Positions 47,417 through 52,282 of a stretch of 52,282 bases of DNA are shown here, piece by piece. Every line of letters begins with the position of its first letter. The stretch's first letter is position 1. The DNA is taken from positions 1 to 52,282 of the IMG/VR virus record IMGVR_UViG_3300022857_000007, one strand, 5' to 3'. The notes beneath the pieces are model-generated. The model was given only the letters and a program-made list of their open reading frames with translations, ran no database searches and had not been told where the DNA came from. Source of the DNA: a virus (Duplodnaviria; Caudoviricetes). A program made the position numbers and the translations under genes.

Positions 47417-48142
47417 TTATCTAAACCTACTGACAACTTTCATGTTAAATTTAATTTTTTTAACAGATTTTACTTTTTCATATTCTTCTGGATCGACAAT
47501 TTTACCATGAACTCTAATCGAAGAGTTAACTCTAAACAATCTTTCATTCATTAAATCTGAATTTTGGTTTTCCTCAGAAGGGTCTCCATCTAAAATTGAT
47601 CTAATTTGATAACTGTTAATTGTCATATATCCTTGACCATGAGAATAAAATTTATGAAGCTTATGGTAAAAAGCATTTACATCTTCCATATATGAAGAAA
47701 CAAATTTTAAGTCATACAGTAGATCTATTTTTACAGGTTGTGGTATTTTATAATAATCAAACCCTTTAGTTGTTCCATCAAATGAAGGAACTTTCAAATA
47801 TGAAAAAGTTTTCCTCAAAGGCATATTTCTTTTTATTGGATCAGTCCCTTTAGCTATACTCTTTCTTACAAGAACTAAATATGGAGGAGATATTTCCTGA
47901 CCATCTTCATTTCTCATAAATTTCCAATTAAGCTTTCTCTCTGCCCATAATTCTTGTGTAAGCATAATTACTGGAACTTTTTTTCTACTTCCAGTAGAAC
48001 CGTCATACAGAGAAAGATTCCAACTCTCAATAAAATCTTTCAACCCAAAATCTAAATCTTCGGGGAATAAAGGTTGAGGAAGAAAATTGTAATTTTCATT
48101 CCTATCATCGTGGCTTTTTCCTTGATTATCTAGAGTTGACAT
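47417..48142 (-). CDS. Tail completion/terminator protein (gp15-like)
   Basis: KVPVI...E.W, P.PV..DL.Y; position between neck and sheath genes. Confidence 0.55.
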   Translation of the reverse strand: MSTLDNQGKSHDDRNENYNFLPQPLFPEDLDFGLKDFIESWNLSLYDGSTGSRKKVPVIMLTQELWAERKLNWKFMRNEDGQEISPPYLVLVRKSIAKGTDPIKRNMPLRKTFSYLKVPSFDGTTKGFDYYKIPQPVKIDLLYDLKFVSSYMEDVNAFYHKLHKFYSHGQGYMTINSYQIRSILDGDPSEENQNSDLMNERLFRVNSSIRVHGKIVDPEEYEKVKSVKKIKFNMKVVSRFR

Positions 48143-48443
48143 TGCTTTGTTTTAAATTAAATAATTATATTTTTTTTTCTTTTTGTAAAAAAGGTTATAT
48201 TTGCAGCGTTCTTACTGCTATAATGTGTTCATTGCGGGGGCTTGGTCACAAGGTAAGAGCTATACTGGCAAAGGAGGTAATACTTTCTAAATCAACTAAA
48301 AAACTCTCTCTTTCAATACTTCCACGATAGGCGTGGGGGGAAAGGGGGGCTTGGTTTTGCTTAACTTCGTTAAGCTATACCTGATTTAGGAAGTATAGTT
48401 GACCTAAATTATAATACTATATGTAACTAGTAATACTAAGGAT

Positions 48444-49010
48444 TTACTTAGCTCTAAAGATGTGTTCTCCTACTTCTTCCGCTTTAATCGTTGTCATAAA
48501 CCTTCTGTCTCCAGCAAATGAACTCTCATTGTTTATTAAATGAGACCCGTTGTCTTTTATTTCATAAAATTGACCTTTGTAACCTATAAAATCTCCTTCT
48601 TTTATATGATAAACTAGTCTTTGACCTTCATTAAACTCTACTAACCCTAATTCTTCTAAATGCTCAATATAACAATGAGCCTCAAAAGTTCCAAATCCCT
48701 TTTTTAATAAACCTCCAGACTCATGATACTGATTATCTACAGTTTGAACATTTATTCTTCCATTTATTATAACTTCTTTCTCAGTTCTCTTCTCTTTAGA
48801 TTCACCGTATCTATTTGACTGCGTTTTATTTAAGTCAATTTTATAAAAAATGAAGTCTTCTTGAAGAATTGTTTCACTTATTTCTCTTCCCGTTTTATTA
48901 AAATAATCTTCTTCTTTATCTGTAAAGAATTGATTAATACCTTTAGAATTTGCTCCAATTATATTAATCATATCTGGCTGCTTCCCTGTATGATCTAATC
49001 TATTTGCCAT
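48444..49010 (-). CDS. Head closure/neck protein (gp14-like)
   Basis: FYKID...T..N.YGES, IKEGDFIGY...FYEI; follows neck gene. Confidence 0.6.
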   Translation of the reverse strand: MANRLDHTGKQPDMINIIGANSKGINQFFTDKEEDYFNKTGREISETILQEDFIFYKIDLNKTQSNRYGESKEKRTEKEVIINGRINVQTVDNQYHESGGLLKKGFGTFEAHCYIEHLEELGLVEFNEGQRLVYHIKEGDFIGYKGQFYEIKDNGSHLINNESSFAGDRRFMTTIKAEEVGEHIFRAK

Positions 49011-49031
49011 TTATTTTCCATTTATATAAAA

Positions 49032-50240
49032 TTAAAAAACCCACATACTCATTGGTCCAAATCCAAGAGATTTATTAACAGCCTCTTGCACAGCTGCTCT
49101 GTCTTCCATTATTGATTTATATGAAAGTTTATCTAAATCATCGTCTAGAATCTTAAACAGTCTATCTTTTATTTTTTCTGAGTAACTCATCAATTGCTCA
49201 GAATTCAAATTGACAGATGCATCAGGCACTACTAATTCACCGAATTTACCTCTAATAAATGATAAATTTTCAGCAGCTTCTGCTAAAGCCCATTTTCTAA
49301 CCCACTGCTTTGCTGTTGAGTTTAACTGTTCCCAATTTATAACATCTAACTGAGCATCAGCAGGAGTAGCTACCACTCCGTTACCCTGTTGTTCTGTAGT
49401 ATAAGTTGTTCCATCTATTGTATTAGATATTGTTTCGGCAGTCCAAGTAGGATTTGCTGAATTTCCAGATAAGGCAGAATTACCTGCCACTCCTACTCTG
49501 TCATAATAACGATAAAACATAGTACCGGGCGTTCCTGCTCCTCCTCCAATACCAACATTATTGTTTCCTCCATATTTACCAATCATTGGAGTTGGGTAAA
49601 GCCTAACTACTTTTGTACCCTCAGAACCACCATGAATCGAATAGGAGTATTCTGAGCCACGAACTCTGTTTCTTAACTCAGCAGCTTGTGCAGTCATAAT
49701 GGTGTCAAATACGGGCATTACATGATAAAGTGTGTGACCAGCAAAAGAAGCCCCAAATTCTGAAAACGCAATATTTTGATTTGCAAAAGGATCAAGTCCA
49801 AATAAGTTAATAAAAGAAGGAGTAAACCAAAGCACATCTGCTATCTCTCTTCCTTTAGGTACTGTATAAGTTTGAACTCCTCCAGTTAAACTTATAGAAT
49901 CTGTTTTATATTCTTTTTGTGAGTTTGTTCCAAATCCTGATTGTTCTGCAATAGAAGTAGCAAAAGACCTTTCGAAATAAAGAGAATTAGATATGTATTT
50001 TAGCGTAAAGTCCACTTCTGATGGAAGTCCTAGCATTTCACCTAAACGGTTCTGTAGAGTCCATCTATTGACCCATGTAGAATACTCTCTTATGCCATCA
50101 CATAATGAATATTCTAAATCAGCATCAATTAATTCAACCTCTAAAACTGAAGCACCAAATTTCAGACGAATATAATTATATATCTCGACTCTTTCTGACT
50201 GAGTAACCCCTGTTGCACATGATCCTATATTCAATGACAT
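49032..50240 (-). CDS. Neck/head-tail adaptor protein (gp13-like)
   Basis: FGASVLEVEL.D, QWVRKWALA.A.E.L..IRGKF...P...V.LN. Confidence 0.75.
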   Translation of the reverse strand: MSLNIGSCATGVTQSERVEIYNYIRLKFGASVLEVELIDADLEYSLCDGIREYSTWVNRWTLQNRLGEMLGLPSEVDFTLKYISNSLYFERSFATSIAEQSGFGTNSQKEYKTDSISLTGGVQTYTVPKGREIADVLWFTPSFINLFGLDPFANQNIAFSEFGASFAGHTLYHVMPVFDTIMTAQAAELRNRVRGSEYSYSIHGGSEGTKVVRLYPTPMIGKYGGNNNVGIGGGAGTPGTMFYRYYDRVGVAGNSALSGNSANPTWTAETISNTIDGTTYTTEQQGNGVVATPADAQLDVINWEQLNSTAKQWVRKWALAEAAENLSFIRGKFGELVVPDASVNLNSEQLMSYSEKIKDRLFKILDDDLDKLSYKSIMEDRAAVQEAVNKSLGFGPMSMWVF

Positions 50241-50253
50241 ATTTGTTTTCTAA

Positions 50254-50544
50254 TTAAATTTTAATATTACTATTATTAACTCTTCCTGAACCACGTCCTC
50301 TTTCTTTAAACCCAACATATGTTCCTGAGTTTATAACAAACTTACCTACCTGTACATTTATAGATTGCCCAGCAGTTGCAGTCCAAGTGAACTCCCCTCC
50401 TCCTAGTGCTGTTATTGTAGCATTACCATCAGATAAACAGTAAACAACATGTACTGCTGGAGATGTCATTCCATCTCCAAGCTCAGCTGTTGTAAAAGTT
50501 CCAGAACTTAACGGTATTGCTTTATAATTTGTTTTATGTGTCAT
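50254..50544 (-). CDS. Small hypothetical virion protein
   Basis: 96 aa beta-rich ORF after TATTTA, upstream of neck gene. Confidence 0.45.
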   Translation of the reverse strand: MTHKTNYKAIPLSSGTFTTAELGDGMTSPAVHVVYCLSDGNATITALGGGEFTWTATAGQSINVQVGKFVINSGTYVGFKERGRGSGRVNNSNIKI

Positions 50545-50597
50545 GATATTATTCTCTTTTTAATAAATAGACTTATTTATAATAAATCGAATAAATA

Positions 50598-51212
50598 GTG
50601 CATAATTACACCCGTGAAATATTCCATACTCTTTCCAAGAAAGAAAAATCTTCATACATAGATAGACTAATCGAAAGAGGGGTTGATTTATCTAAAGAAG
50701 AGATTTCTAAAGCTTCTAAAAAACAAATAGAACTTTATGTAATTAAAAAACTTTCTACTCGAAGAAACTTTGAAGAATTTGAAATTAAATATTTAAATTT
50801 TGATCAAGTTGTTAGGTTTATGCAAAGAAATAATAGTATGATTGATTTTTTACTATTAAAATACTTAACACCAAAACAAAGACTATCCATAATCCATCAA
50901 ATTTCTGGATCTAAATTCCACTTAAACTTAGATGAATTCTTTAAACTCAAAGGATCAGAAAGAAAATTTTACGCTAACTCTAGGCTTGAAAATGATTTTA
51001 TTTTAAGAACTTTTGAAGTTAAATATTTATCATTAGAAAACCAGATGAAATACGTAGCAGTAACTGTCAGAGGAGGCTCAAGTCTTTCTCAAGAAATGGT
51101 AGATGTTTTAAGATCTCCTGTAAAAAAAGAATACAAAAAATTAGTCTCTGATAATTTACATGAATCAAATATTAGGAGAATGATAAATAAAAGAATCAGA
51201 AAAACGTTTTAA
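50598..51212 (+). CDS. Hypothetical helical-repeat protein
   Basis: Recurring (F)E.KYL/LS..E...Y units. Confidence 0.5.
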   Translation: MHNYTREIFHTLSKKEKSSYIDRLIERGVDLSKEEISKASKKQIELYVIKKLSTRRNFEEFEIKYLNFDQVVRFMQRNNSMIDFLLLKYLTPKQRLSIIHQISGSKFHLNLDEFFKLKGSERKFYANSRLENDFILRTFEVKYLSLENQMKYVAVTVRGGSSLSQEMVDVLRSPVKKEYKKLVSDNLHESNIRRMINKRIRKTF

Positions 51213-51251
51213 AATATTTTATAAAATTATAAAATATTCTTATATTCTAAA

Positions 51252-51908
51252 ATGGATGTTATTTTTTTAGATATAGACGGAGTTTTAAATAACTGTATGT
51301 CATCAGGCGTATTTCATGAGTCATCTACTATTCGTAGTTGTGTTATGGAACTTAATAGAATCATTTTTTCTTCTGGAGCTGGAATTGTTCTTATTTCTAC
51401 TTGGAAAGATAGTTATGATTTTCAAATAATAAGAAATCTTCTTTATGAAAGAAGAGTTTGTGATGGTAGTATATTAGATTTCACTGAAATTGGTGTGAAT
51501 AAAGAGGATGGAATAATTAAATTCTTAAACAATGCTCGATTTAAAGTGGATAAATTTATAATAATTGATGATAATTTAGATTTAAAAAACAATTATTTAA
51601 GAATAAACTACATAAAAACAGAATCAATTATAGGATTAACTCAAAAAGAAGCTGATTTTGCTATTGAAAAATTTGATACAATGGAGGTAGGTATAGATAA
51701 GGTTAAATGGGACAAATTAATTGAAGACCATTACTTATCTGCATGCAAAAGAAATCCAGAGTACAAAAAAAAACACACTAAAGAAGAGATGATTGAATAT
51801 TGGTATTCACTCCTAAATAACCCCGCTGTCATTAACGAAGATGTAGAAAACATGATTAAAGGGACAACACACGCAAATAACAACAACACAACTTACCACC
51901 CAGTTTAA
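51252..51908 (+). CDS. HAD-superfamily protein (HAD_SAK_2-like)
   Basis: IFLDIDGVLN, IVLISTW, FIIIDD, GLT. Confidence 0.8.
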   Translation: MDVIFLDIDGVLNNCMSSGVFHESSTIRSCVMELNRIIFSSGAGIVLISTWKDSYDFQIIRNLLYERRVCDGSILDFTEIGVNKEDGIIKFLNNARFKVDKFIIIDDNLDLKNNYLRINYIKTESIIGLTQKEADFAIEKFDTMEVGIDKVKWDKLIEDHYLSACKRNPEYKKKHTKEEMIEYWYSLLNNPAVINEDVENMIKGTTHANNNNTTYHPV

Positions 51909-51909
51909 G

Positions 51910-52281
51910 TTAAAATCTTAACCTGAATCTATACTTCCCACAATCCCATACACGGTCAAACCCAGCCTCTTGCATAATGTCCCATTCACTTTTTTTATCT
52001 GAATATATTTTTGGAAACTTAATTTTAAGAGACTTTTTTCCGTAAGGGTACTTAGAGAGTCTTTTTAATCCAATTTTATCATTGTAATATTGATAATCAG
52101 GTCTTGTTGTGTGTTCTAAATAAAATCCGTTTTTATTATAAATATTATCCTCAGAATCAGGAGTCCATCGTATGTCTGCAAAACTTAGTAAACTAGAAAA
52201 TTCATATTCCCTTTTTATGAAGGAGAGAAATTTTCCCATAACTCCAACACATACAATGTTTGTGCGTATTGCAAACCTTCT
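51910..52281 (-). CDS. C-terminal part of a putative phage homing-endonuclease-associated protein, partial
   Basis: Frame open to the window edge (RRFAIRTNIVCVGVMGK); SFADIRW, IY..NGF, P.Y.Y, SEWDIM...GFDRVWDCG. Confidence 0.55.
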   Translation of the reverse strand, partial: RRFAIRTNIVCVGVMGKFLSFIKREYEFSSLLSFADIRWTPDSEDNIYNKNGFYLEHTTRPDYQYYNDKIGLKRLSKYPYGKKSLKIKFPKIYSDKKSEWDIMQEAGFDRVWDCGKYRFRLRF

Positions 52282-52282
52282 T

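Noticed and set aside
48136-48330. 64-aa plus-strand ORF
   Set aside because: TTG start upstream of the promoter-like element, no recognisable motif; region better explained as non-coding
1-52282. Stop-codon reassignment
   Set aside because: Genes are full length under code 11 and TAA, TAG and TGA all end genes at sensible positions
1-52282. Bacterial contractile injection system or chromosomal locus
   Set aside because: Portal, terminase, neck and replication genes indicate a genuine phage
1-52282. tRNA or rRNA genes
   Set aside because: No cloverleaf or T-loop (GTTCGA-type) pattern found in the short intergenic gaps

Overview
AT-rich segment of a large T4-like myophage (jumbo-phage style), most likely infecting a Bacteroidota host (TAnnTTTG promoter elements, A-rich leaders without Shine-Dalgarno). 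Mostly minus-strand genes: RecA/UvsX, a baseplate/tail block (hub-amidase fusion, LysM-like wedge, a protein with about 27 tandem 22-aa repeats, tape measure, two gp26-like chaperones), an HNH/C5-methyltransferase/degenerate RNase H cassette, portal, terminase, patatin, a fibre with a DUF1566-like tip, tube, sheath and neck genes. The most notable system is a fractured DnaE polymerase. Its two halves carry a naturally split intein, each half also has its own cis mini-intein, and a free-standing Vsr-like homing endonuclease sits between them behind a hairpin that encloses a putative late promoter. Portal and terminase also carry endonuclease-containing inteins, giving five inteins in about 12 kb. 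All calls are from motif recognition by eye; no searches were run.
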